DNA from: Candidatus Terrybacteria bacterium RIFCSPHIGHO2_01_FULL_48_17
GTDB taxonomy: Bacteria; Patescibacteriota; Minisyncoccia; Terrybacterales; 2-01-FULL-58-14
Assembly: GCA_001822835.1 (NCBI GenBank)
Contig: MHSS01000013.1
Location: 10,321-74,320, forward strand
Direction: 5' to 3'
Length of the DNA: 64,000 nt
The translations under genes and the position numbers were made by a program. The notes beneath the pieces were generated by a model. It did not search any database and was not told where the DNA came from. It worked only from the letters and a program-made list of their open reading frames with translations. This document shows, one piece after another, positions 30,557-40,764 of this stretch; the first letter of the stretch is position 1; every line of letters starts with the position of its first letter.

Positions 30557-31540
30557 ATGCTAAAACATATTTTATCCCAATCAATTCTTGCGACGGTGGC
30601 GTATGCGGATGCGCTAAACATGCCGCTTACCGCAATGGAGGTATGGCGGGGATTGGTTGGGGTACAGGGCACAGGGTACAGGGGACAGGGAATAGAGAAT
30701 AGGGCAAAGAACGCTTCGAGTTTTTCAGAGATTTTCTTTATGCTCAAATTACTAAAAGAGCAAAAGAAAATCTCGGAGCAGCGCGGCTTTTATTTTTTGC
30801 CAGGGAAAGAGGATTTGGTTGCGGAGCGCTTGTGGCGCATGCGGGTGGCGGACGAAAAATGGAAAAAACTGATGGGTATTGTGCGGTGGTTGCGCGCGGT
30901 TCCTTTTTTGCGGGCGGTTTTTGTTACCGGTTCTTTGGCGTTAAATAACACGCGCGAAAATAGCGACTACGATATTTTTTTGGTAAGCGCTCCCGGCCGC
31001 ATTTTTACTGTACGGTTTTTTGTAACACTTATGTTAAAAATGTTTGGCATGTATCGTTCGGATGCATGTGTAGCGGATCACGTCTGTCCCAACCACTATG
31101 TTACCGAGCGAAGTTTAGCGATTCCGTTCCATTCGCTCTACACCGCCCATATTTTTGCAACATGCGTGCGCACATGGAGCGTTGACCAAGATATCAAGGA
31201 ACGGTTCATGCATGTAAATAACTGGATACATGACTATATACAAATAGCGCCAGAAATCCCTCGCGCAAATCGGCATACGCTTCCGGATATATGGGTTGCG
31301 AAAATAATACGCGGTATTGGCGAGGTTACGTTGGGCCCGCCCGTGGGCGGGGTATTGGAAGGGATGGCTCGCTTCCTCCAGCTTGTCAAAATCCGCGCAA
31401 ATCCCAAAACAAAGTATCCTGGCAGCGGACACGTGGTCGCAAACGATGAGATGTTGGCATTTCATCCAAGCTCACCCGAATTCGGGGTACTTGACAAATA
31501 TCATACTAATATGCTACAATATAAAACGTCAGTAGATTGA
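30557..31540 (+). CDS. Pol-beta-superfamily nucleotidyltransferase-like protein (CPR family)
   Basis: VTGSLALNNTRENSDYDIF (GS...DxD), CPNHY, LYTA motifs. Confidence 0.7.
   Translation: MLKHILSQSILATVAYADALNMPLTAMEVWRGLVGVQGTGYRGQGIENRAKNASSFSEIFFMLKLLKEQKKISEQRGFYFLPGKEDLVAERLWRMRVADEKWKKLMGIVRWLRAVPFLRAVFVTGSLALNNTRENSDYDIFLVSAPGRIFTVRFFVTLMLKMFGMYRSDACVADHVCPNHYVTERSLAIPFHSLYTAHIFATCVRTWSVDQDIKERFMHVNNWIHDYIQIAPEIPRANRHTLPDIWVAKIIRGIGEVTLGPPVGGVLEGMARFLQLVKIRANPKTKYPGSGHVVANDEMLAFHPSSPEFGVLDKYHTNMLQYKTSVD
31491..31520 (+). promoter_or_regulatory. sigma70 promoter driving ncRNA 1
   Basis: TTGACA-N18-TACAAT with extended TGn; lies inside the 3' end of the upstream CDS. Confidence 0.7.
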
Positions 31541-31545
31541 GAAAG

Positions 31546-31792
31546 AAGGAATCCAAAAGAGAGGCGAAAACGGCTGTGGCCTGCGAAGGGATGAGGGCTA
31601 CGGTTCCCACGGTCTATGTTTTGCGGAGCCTGCGATGCGCGGAAGGACGAGCGGGGTGGAATAGCTCGTTTCTGGGGCGCCATCCTATCGCAATCTCCGT
31701 CCCCAAGCCGCTGGGCCAAAGAGGAAGAGCCGCGCCTCTCAAGGGCGATGGGATTGCCTAACACAATCCTTCGCTTCTCTTTTGGGTTTCTT
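31546..31792 (+). ncRNA. unassigned ~250-nt structured RNA
   Basis: 23-bp closing stem 31546-31568/31770-31792 with three G-U pairs on +; internal stems; no credible ORF. Confidence 0.65.
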
Positions 31793-31803
31793 ATAGAGCC
31801 CCC

Positions 31804-31833
31804 TTGACAATGATGGTCGAGTTGTGCTAAGAG
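31804..31833 (+). promoter_or_regulatory. probable sigma70 promoter driving the large ncRNA
   Basis: TTGACA-N18-TAAGAG with extended TGn. Confidence 0.5.
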
Positions 31834-31859
31834 GAGTATACGATTTTAAAGATTAAATT

Positions 31860-33265
31860 GAGGTTCCTTCGGTTCTCTCCCTGCATTTATCATTCATCAT
31901 TAAGAATTATCACAAGACGAATGCAGAGAGAGGGCCGGATGGGCTCTCTTCTGATGAAATCCAGACGGCTGATCACCGTCTGGTCGGGTCCCAACCGTTG
32001 TTGCGCCCAAAAGGGGCATGCCCCGCCATCTTGCGGGGAGGAGCTATCCAAATCGCCCCTCGTCGGGTTTGCCTGGCGAGTATAAGCGAAGAGGAAGAGT
32101 TCTGCGGCAGCGGGGAGGCTGTGCCCGTTTATCGCCCTGTTGGCGATGGCGGGATCCCGCCCCGACGCTCTTGGGGACGCTCAAGAGAAGAAGGGGAAAT
32201 GCCTGATTGATCTGTCAAACAGTGGGGGCAAGCCGGACTTTCTTTCTGTCCCCCCTAAAGCAGCAGGGAGCGCAAGCGCTTGTGCGCAACGCTCGTCACG
32301 GCCCGGCGGTGGTCGAGAAGTTCTCTGCTGCAATTTAAGCACCTTTTCAAAAGAACGGATCCGAGGGAAACGATAACCTCGGAGCCCTCTCCCTGAACCA
32401 GTTTCATTTTCTGAACTCTGTACCCTGATGTCTGTACCCTGTTAACTGATTCAGAGAGAGGGACGCCCGTCTCTGCCGGTCTGGCTGGCACGTGTGGTGC
32501 CGGAAATGCTGGCTCCCGCCCGGCTCGATTGGAGCCGAGGGGCCTCTACGGGCGACCTCGCGCGATGGCGGCTAACCCGAGCCCTTTCCCGGGGCAAGCC
32601 CCGTCCGCGGCGGGGTGTGCAGGTTTCGGGCGATGCCGCAAAAAAGGTAGAATCATCTGAGGAGCGTGGAACCATTAAGGTTCCCGGGAAACTTGTGGGA
32701 AAGCGCTCCTCGGCCGGTCATAGTTCTTTGTTAGGGGATAAGCCCATTCGAGCCGATAAGTTCGGCTCTCCCTCCCTACATTTTTTTTCGAAAGCTTACG
32801 TGAAGAGCAGAAAGCGCCAACTATCTTTTTTTAACGCTTCTCTCTTATCACTTATTACTTTAAAGAATGTAGAGAGGGGGAGGATCTCTTTGCCGCAAGC
32901 TTCGGCGGAGAGGGTAGGGCCCGGGAATTCCTGCCCGAGTGCTACGAAAACGGCGCTCGAAAGCCTCGACCCCGCTTAATGAGGGTCGCTCCAGGGGGCT
33001 GCACAAACGCGGTCACTAAGTGCGGCGGTCAGTTACCGTCGCCGGAGCGGTCCAGCTCTTATTGCCGGAGCATCATAATCTCCGGCACCCCTCTCTGCAT
33101 TTATCATTCTTCATTTGTCATTGATAAATACAGAGAGGGGTTCTCACAACCCCATATTTTTACCCAGGGTCCGCCTGTAAAAAGGTGGCAAATGCCTAAA
33201 GGGCCCTAATGGTGTTTATACGCCCCGGTGTTGGCTCCAAGAGTCGATGCCGGGTCTTTCTTTAT
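31860..33265 (+). ncRNA. unassigned large (~1.4 kb) structured RNA or RNA array with four repeated hairpin modules
   Basis: Dense GC-rich stems with G-U pairs on +; four CCCTCTC(C/T)CT...AGAGAG(A)GGG hairpins; no credible ORF; terminator-like hairpins at the end. Confidence 0.65.
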
Positions 33266-33302
33266 ATACGAACTATGGGGGTCCGACCCCCATAGTATTT
33301 TT
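33224..33302 (+). terminator. tandem hairpins ending the ncRNA locus
   Basis: CCCGGTGTTGGCTC/GAGTCGATGCCGGG-TCTTTCTTT, then ACTATGGGGGTC/GACCCCCATAGT-ATTTTT. Confidence 0.6.
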
Positions 33303-33344
33303 AGAAAAGCCTGCCGAAGAGTTTATCTGGGCTGGCTGAAGGGC

Positions 33345-33373
33345 TTGACAAGCCCTTTTGCTTTGTATAAATA
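33345..33373 (+). promoter_or_regulatory. sigma70 promoter of groES-groEL
   Basis: TTGACA at 33345 and a TATAAAT -10 region; CIRCE follows. Confidence 0.6.
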
Positions 33374-33387
33374 GATAAGTGGCGGCA

Positions 33388-33414
33388 TTAGCAGTAAACA
33401 CGTCGGACTGCTAA
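33388..33414. promoter_or_regulatory. CIRCE-like operator (HrcA site)
   Basis: TTAGCAGTA-N9-GACTGCTAA versus consensus TTAGCACTC-N9-GAGTGCTAA, upstream of groES. Confidence 0.8.
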
Positions 33415-33515
33415 TGAGAGAAGCCGATACGCGCCGATAGCCACGCTGATTTACGCTTAAGCTTATATCCGCGCAAATCCGCGTTGCAATCCGTGTTAAT
33501 TCATTTCTACAAATT

Positions 33516-33805
33516 ATGATAAAAATTAAACCTCTCGGTGACCGCGTGGTATTGGAGGCGGTCACGGAAGAGCAAAAGACAAAGTCGGGCATTTATCTTC
33601 CCGATACTGCAGATAAGGAAAAGCCGGAGCAAGGGAAAGTTGTTGCCGTGGGTCCCGGTAAAATGGAAGAAGGCAAGCGCATCCCGCTTGAGGTGAAAGT
33701 CGGGGATACGGTGCTTTTCACGAAATACGGACCCAATGAGGTAAAGGTCGATAATAAAGAATACCTTATTGCAAGGGAAGAAGACATCTTAGCTGTATTA
33801 GAATA

Positions 33806-33806
<1 letters not shown>
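33516..33806 (+). CDS. groES: co-chaperonin GroES
   Basis: [32 protein letters not shown]. Confidence 0.98.
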
Positions 33807-35568
<1,762 letters not shown>

Positions 35569-35667
35569 AACAGGGTTTAAGGTATAGATATCAGGGGACA
35601 GACACATGCCCCGGTGTACGCACACCGGGGCGCCCTCTTTTCCAATAGTATGGTATACTATCTATAT

Positions 35668-36216
35668 ATGTTTACTATTTTTATCGTCGCTCTAGCGCTT
35701 TTGTTCTTTTTCGTCATATATCTTTATAATCGTTTGGTTGGTTTGCGGGTTCGTGTCAAGGAGGCATGGTCGGATATTGAGGTGCAGCTCAAACGCCGGC
35801 ATAACCTTATTCCTAATCTAGTCGAAACCGTAAAGGGATATGCAGGGCATGAAAAGGGCGTATTCGAGAAAGTCACCGAGGCGCGCGCAAAAGCACTTAA
35901 TGCGCAAACACCAAAAGAGCTGGGTGCGGCAGAAAATATGCTGACCGGGGCGCTCAAATCTCTGTTTGCGGTTGCAGAAGCATACCCAGACCTTAAAGCG
36001 TCATCTAATTTCGTTGAGTTGCAGCGCGAGTTGACGGATACCGAAGACAAAATCCAGGCAGCGCGGCGTTTTTATAATGCCAACGTGCGCGACTATAACA
36101 CCGCTATTGCCCTTTTCCCCGCAAACATGATGGCACAAATGTTTGGGTTTAAGGCGTCCGAATTTTTCGAAGTCGAGGAGGAAGAAGTGAGGTCAGTACC
36201 CGTAGTGAAATTCTAA
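35668..36216 (+). CDS. lemA: LemA family protein
   Basis: [41 protein letters not shown]. Confidence 0.95.
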   Translation: MFTIFIVALALLFFFVIYLYNRLVGLRVRVKEAWSDIEVQLKRRHNLIPNLVETVKGYAGHEKGVFEKVTEARAKALNAQTPKELGAAENMLTGALKSLFAVAEAYPDLKASSNFVELQRELTDTEDKIQAARRFYNANVRDYNTAIALFPANMMAQMFGFKASEFFEVEEEEVRSVPVVKF

Positions 36217-36342
36217 AAAGATACAATCACCAAGATACAAGGCACAAACAAATTTCAATAATCAACCTTCAAGAAACAAACGGGGTTTCGGTTATTGGGA
36301 TTTGAGATTTGTTTGGTTATTGTCTCTTGTATCTTGTTTCTT
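36217..36342. repeat. heptamer-periodic inverted-repeat element (CAAGATA type)
   Basis: AAGATACAATCACCAAGATACAA... / ...TTGTCTCTTGTATCTTGTTTCTT. Confidence 0.7.
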
Positions 36343-37236
36343 GTGGCGACGCTTTACACCCATCGTTCTTCAAACATCACCAAAACATTCGTGCTGATGT
36401 TTACGTTTATTGTACTACTTGGCGTAATCGGGGCTGCTTTTTCGGCGTACTTTGAAACGCCGACTATTTTTTATATGGTGCTCGCGTTTTCCGTGCTCAC
36501 CACCTTTTTCTCTTATTGGTTTTCCGATAGGGTGGTGATCGCGCTTTCGGGTGCCAAACCCATTCAAAAACAGGATGATCCGCCATTATGGCGCATGATC
36601 GAAAACCTATCGATTACCGCAGGCCTTCCGATGCCAAAAGTGTATGTGGTGGAGGATCCAAGCCCCAATGCTTTTGCAACCGGGAGGGATCCAAAACATT
36701 CTGTTATTGCGGTAACTACCGGTTTGCGCCGGATGTTGGACGAATCGGAGCTTGAGGGAGTATTGGCGCACGAGCTTTCGCATATTGGTAACCGCGACAT
36801 GCTTGTCGCAACCATTGCCGCGGTGCTCGCCGGAATCATTGTGACCATCGTGCATATTTTTGTCCGTATGACGTTACGGGGAGGGCTTGGAGGGAATCGA
36901 CGGGGAAATGCTGGCGCCATTGCCTTAGTTGGTCTTATCGCCGCTCTTATTCTGGGGCCACTTGCCGCAACTTTGTTGCGCCTTGCGATATCCCGCAGCC
37001 GCGAGTTTTTGGCAGATGCGTCGGGTGCATTGCTTACGCGTTATCCGGACGGTCTTGCGCGCGCATTGGAAAAAATTGGCAACGCGCGGATTCCCATGCG
37101 GCATCGTTCAGACGCCATTGCGCATCTTTGGCTTTCTGATCCCCAAATTGAGGAACGCAAAACCTCATGGTTTGCAAAAATGTTTATGACCCATCCACCC
37201 ATGGAGGAGCGTATCCGCGCCCTTCGTCAACAGTAA
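36343..37236 (+). CDS. htpX: zinc metalloprotease HtpX (M48)
   Basis: PNAFATG, AHELSHI, SRSREFLADA, THPPMEERI; follows lemA. Confidence 0.94.
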   Translation: MATLYTHRSSNITKTFVLMFTFIVLLGVIGAAFSAYFETPTIFYMVLAFSVLTTFFSYWFSDRVVIALSGAKPIQKQDDPPLWRMIENLSITAGLPMPKVYVVEDPSPNAFATGRDPKHSVIAVTTGLRRMLDESELEGVLAHELSHIGNRDMLVATIAAVLAGIIVTIVHIFVRMTLRGGLGGNRRGNAGAIALVGLIAALILGPLAATLLRLAISRSREFLADASGALLTRYPDGLARALEKIGNARIPMRHRSDAIAHLWLSDPQIEERKTSWFAKMFMTHPPMEERIRALRQQ

Positions 37237-37299
37237 TCTACTACCTTTAATCTATCGCAACCCGGTTGCGATAGATTGCCGTAGATTACCGGACTACTT

Positions 37300-38301
37300 A
37301 TGCCGCCGACCTTTTCTCAAAGTTCCGATCCGAATATACCCTACTCGTCTCCTGCGTCCCTGCCGGGGGTGCCTCCCGAGCCACCAAAACTGAAATCGTT
37401 TGGGGTGTTTTTTTCCGAGGCGCTTCGAGAAATAAAGGAAATATCTTATGTATTAGTTCCATTGGGGCTTTTACTTTTTTTGCTTCAGGCAGTGTTGCCC
37501 GCGTTTTTAGGGTTTTTGCCGCAAGCCATTGATGCAATTCTTTCGTTCCCTGTTGCGCTTGCAAGTTTTTTATTCTATTTCCTTGCACCAATCATAATTT
37601 TACAGACAATTGCACTAAACCAATCCGGCGGCCGTCTTGAATTTCGCGAGGCAATAAACAGGGGATTTGGCGTGCTCTTTCCATACGGCATTGTTCTTTT
37701 CATTGCAGGGATAATCCGCTTTGGTGCTTTTGTTCCTTTTATTATTCCCGGAATTATTGTTGCTGTTTTTTTGGCATTGGTTGAGCCGGCTGCCGCCATT
37801 GAGGGGAGGCGTGGGTTTGATGCGCTCGCGCGTTCCTGGGCGTTAGTGCGCGGATCTGGGTGGAGCGTTTTTGGACGTCTTTTGCTGCTCTGGCTTATAT
37901 TAATTGCGGTTGCGGTCTTACTCGTCCTGCCGGTATTTTTGGTGACTATTGGCTTGACCCTTTGGGGAGGATATCAGGCAACACAGGAATCTGGTGGCGT
38001 TATGGACGAAACCACGTTTTTTCAACAATTTGAAGGGCAATTGGCATTTCCGCAACTTATTTTTAACACGTGGGCTTCCGCAGTGGGCATTGCGGTGCTC
38101 TTTTTTACATTTGCATTCGATTTTGTTCTTTTCCGAAATCTTGTTGCAATAAAAGGCGACGTTGTGGATGTGAAGAAAGGAAAGTTTTATGCGCTTTTGG
38201 TGTGGGGCATTATTGCCGGAATCATTTTGGTGGCCTTATTTTTGCTTCTGATCGTATTCGCTATAATGCAAACAAGCAATCCTTCATTTTTTGCAAACTA
38301 A
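37300..38301 (+). CDS. polytopic membrane protein (hypothetical)
   Basis: Multiple TM segments, ALARSWALVRG motif. Confidence 0.75.
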   Translation: MPPTFSQSSDPNIPYSSPASLPGVPPEPPKLKSFGVFFSEALREIKEISYVLVPLGLLLFLLQAVLPAFLGFLPQAIDAILSFPVALASFLFYFLAPIIILQTIALNQSGGRLEFREAINRGFGVLFPYGIVLFIAGIIRFGAFVPFIIPGIIVAVFLALVEPAAAIEGRRGFDALARSWALVRGSGWSVFGRLLLLWLILIAVAVLLVLPVFLVTIGLTLWGGYQATQESGGVMDETTFFQQFEGQLAFPQLIFNTWASAVGIAVLFFTFAFDFVLFRNLVAIKGDVVDVKKGKFYALLVWGIIAGIILVALFLLLIVFAIMQTSNPSFFAN

Positions 38302-38312
38302 TTTTATTTGTT

Positions 38313-39893
38313 ATGCAAACCTTACCACCAACGGTTCCGCCACCCCCAAGTGCGGAGCAACCACCAAGTATTGGTTCCTTCGAATCTTTTGGGGCAAGCA
38401 CCAGCGGGTCGCGAAAACAGATATTTTCAACGCCAACGCTTCTTAAGTTTGCAGTCGTACTGCTTGCGCTGTTGCTTTTGGGCGGCGGGGGACTCTACGC
38501 ATATTTTTCTCTTATTCGTCCTCCGGCCGATGTGTTAGAGCGCGTTATTACCAATTTCTCAAAACTAGAAACGTATCATTTTGATTTAACCTTATCGGGC
38601 AACGTTAATGAGAGTACCTCGTCGGCAATTCCTTTGTTTAGGTTTATGGCTTCTGCCTTGCCATTGGGTCGATCGTTTAATCCTACAGCAGCCCAATTTT
38701 CCGAAGGTATACCATTTGAAGAACAACCGGAGCGTGAACAATTTAATCTTCCTGATTCGGAGACGACTATGGTTCCCGCATTTGCCGGCGCTTTGACATT
38801 TCAGATTGGCGGGGATGTGCGTACAACCAAAGGAAATGAAGCTATCGCGATTGTACCTTCAATTGAGTTTGGGGACGCGACCGCAAAATTGAACGCGGGT
38901 GGACAGCTTCGGGTTTTCGCGCCCTCAAAAAAACTTTTCGTAAAAATTGATCGACTGGAAGGTTTGGGAGAGTTGTTTGAGCTGCCGCCAGACATTCAGG
39001 GTCAGTGGCTTGTGGCTGATGAATCAACGCTTGAACAAATGGGCATTGATCTTGAGGAATTGACGAAAAAGCTTGAGCAACAAGAAGAGCAGCCTACGTC
39101 CGAAGATCAGGAACTTGAGCAGGATTTAGAACGTGCTTTTGCAAACTCATTTACGTTAACATATGAGGGAACCCAAGAATTAAATGGACAAAGCGCATTC
39201 CATTACAAGACCGCGTTTGATTTTGCAGCGTTTAAGACCGAAATACTTACCCTACGCGAGAAATATAAAAATCGGCTCGACGAGCCAACCCTTAGTTTTT
39301 TGAAAGACCTGACCCCTGAATCGTTAGATGAGTTTGGTAGGGTATTGAAGCGCATGGAGGGCGAAGCGTGGATTTTGAAACAAAAACTCCTTCCGTTGAA
39401 AGCAACGTTTGTAATCGAGCTTGCCGATGACAACCTTGGCCAAACTGCTGCCTTGAATCTTGAGCTTTCGTTCTCAAAATTTGATGAAGAGATTGTCATT
39501 GAAGAACCGCAAGGAGCAAGAAATCTGATGGATTTGATGGGGCCGCTTACCGGCTCTCAAAATCTGGATGCCCCAATGCCTTTTGGGGAAGCGAGCGAAA
39601 AGGATCGGCAAAGAAGCAGAGATCTCACATATGCCATGGTTGCTCTTTTGCTTTACCAAAATACTAGCGGTTCTTTTCCTTCAACACAAAACGAGCTGAA
39701 TCGGGGATTGCCGTGCGCGGAGCTAGCGCTTACGGAGTGCCCGCAAGATCCCACAGGCCCGCCCGCATTTTACGGATATCGTTCGGATGGCGAGACCTTC
39801 GAGCTCACTGCGATCCTCGATGATCCCGAATGCGATCTCGGTGGCGCTGTACGCGAGGATGCCTTGTGTGTTTTCCGCGTGAAAGGCCCTTAA
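38313..39893 (+). CDS. membrane-anchored hypothetical protein with C-terminal pilin-like segment
   Basis: Single TM; acidic extracellular domain; C-terminal D.QR..DL....AL.LY....G.FP ... P.DP ... Y.Y ... F.L.A.L resembles CPR pilin globular domains. Confidence 0.7.
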   Translation: MQTLPPTVPPPPSAEQPPSIGSFESFGASTSGSRKQIFSTPTLLKFAVVLLALLLLGGGGLYAYFSLIRPPADVLERVITNFSKLETYHFDLTLSGNVNESTSSAIPLFRFMASALPLGRSFNPTAAQFSEGIPFEEQPEREQFNLPDSETTMVPAFAGALTFQIGGDVRTTKGNEAIAIVPSIEFGDATAKLNAGGQLRVFAPSKKLFVKIDRLEGLGELFELPPDIQGQWLVADESTLEQMGIDLEELTKKLEQQEEQPTSEDQELEQDLERAFANSFTLTYEGTQELNGQSAFHYKTAFDFAAFKTEILTLREKYKNRLDEPTLSFLKDLTPESLDEFGRVLKRMEGEAWILKQKLLPLKATFVIELADDNLGQTAALNLELSFSKFDEEIVIEEPQGARNLMDLMGPLTGSQNLDAPMPFGEASEKDRQRSRDLTYAMVALLLYQNTSGSFPSTQNELNRGLPCAELALTECPQDPTGPPAFYGYRSDGETFELTAILDDPECDLGGAVREDALCVFRVKGP

Positions 39894-39898
39894 GAGAT

Positions 39899-40429
39899 AT
39901 GAAATGCCCCTCTTGTAAATCACAACTGGAAACCATTGATTTCAAAAGCGTGAAAGTGGAGCGCTGCCCTTCGTGCGGCGGACTGTGGTTTGACGATCAC
40001 GAACTGCATAAGGCCCAACGAACAGAGGATCCGTTTTTGGGATTTTTGCATGTGGATCCGTGGGAAAATCCAGACAAATTTAAGCTTGCGCCGGGAAGCC
40101 GCGTATGCCCGAAAGATCAATTGCCGCTTTATCGTGCAACGTACGACGGGTCTGACATTACTGTGGATGTGTGCCAAGACGAACATGGCATGTGGCTTGA
40201 TCAGGACGATTGGCGTGCCATTCTTGATTGGGCGCACGCGCATCTGGCGCAGGATTCATTTGGGGGCTACCTGAAACATCTTGGCGAAGAGTTTGCCGAG
40301 GTGTTTTCCGGCCACGGAACCCCAGCTCAGGAAGCAAAAGACATTTGGGTGGTAACGAAACTGATATCGTATAAATTTCTTTCCAAAGCCCCGATACTTG
40401 GACGGATGATTTCGCAACTTCCGACATAA
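39899..40429 (+). CDS. zf-TFIIB-type zinc ribbon domain protein
   Basis: MKCPSC...CPSCGGLWFD, with a second repeat CPKD...VDVC...GMWLD. Confidence 0.85.
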   Translation: MKCPSCKSQLETIDFKSVKVERCPSCGGLWFDDHELHKAQRTEDPFLGFLHVDPWENPDKFKLAPGSRVCPKDQLPLYRATYDGSDITVDVCQDEHGMWLDQDDWRAILDWAHAHLAQDSFGGYLKHLGEEFAEVFSGHGTPAQEAKDIWVVTKLISYKFLSKAPILGRMISQLPT

Positions 40430-40472
40430 CGAGAAGATGGGAGAGAGAAGATGGAATGTGGGAAAGCGCGCC

Positions 40473-40500
40473 TTGCGAAGGCGCGTGCGTTCATTATAAT
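40473..40500 (+). promoter_or_regulatory. sigma70 promoter of the nested tRNA-Ser locus
   Basis: TTGCGA-N16-TATAAT, 11 nt before the outer tRNA 5' end. Confidence 0.6.
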
Positions 40501-40608
40501 GGGAGACGAAAGGAGGGTTCGCATAGTGGCCTAGTGCGGTTGCTTGTTCCCGATTTGTCCAAAGAGCCTACAGGCGATTGGTAACAAATCGCAATCCCGT
40601 GGAACGGC

Positions 40609-40695
40609 GGTGGGGTGCCAGAGTGGCCGAATGGGTCTGCTTGGAGAGCAGATATACGGGAAACCGTATCGCGAGTTCGAATCTCGCCCCCACCG
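40609..40695 (+). tRNA. tRNA-Ser(GGA)
   Basis: GGTGGGG/CCCCACC acceptor stem, TCTGC-TTGGAGA-GCAGA anticodon arm, ATACGG-GAAA-CCGTAT variable arm, GCGAG-TTCGAAT-CTCGC T arm, G73. Confidence 0.95.
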
Positions 40696-40738
40696 CCGTG
40701 CTTCGGGAGAGAGCAACTATAGGGAGAAGATAAGTTCG

Positions 40739-40764
40739 CCCGCCTTCGCTAAAGCTTCGGCGGG
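40739..40764. repeat. REP-like palindrome
   Basis: CCCGCCTTCGCTAAAGCTTCGGCGGG hairpin. Confidence 0.7.

Noticed and set aside
31951-31990. CTGATGA followed by a hairpin, suggesting a hammerhead ribozyme
   Set aside because: No GAAA after the putative stem II and no suitable stem I/III with a UH cleavage site
32234-32246. GAAAGTCCGG on the minus strand resembling the RNase P RNA P4 motif
   Set aside because: Lacks the GAGGAAAGUCC context and the 3' ACAGAAnnCGGCUUA partner; G-U polarity of surrounding stems favours the + strand
31860-33140. CRISPR array interpretation of the four repeated hairpins
   Set aside because: Repeats are divergent and 50-110 nt long, spacers are 180-410 nt and structured, and no cas genes are present in the window
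31501-33209. ORF-track entries in the large non-coding locus (e.g. 32494-32979, 31858-32085, 32979-33209)
   Set aside because: Short, overlapping, Arg/Ser/Gly/Pro-rich, mostly non-ATG starts and no recognisable domains; better explained as chance ORFs in GC-rich structured RNA
40547-40708. Group I or archaeal bulge-helix-bulge intron explanation for the tRNA-Ser insert
   Set aside because: No P7 R/S elements, the remaining non-tRNA sequence is too short for a catalytic core, and no BHB geometry is present at the junctions
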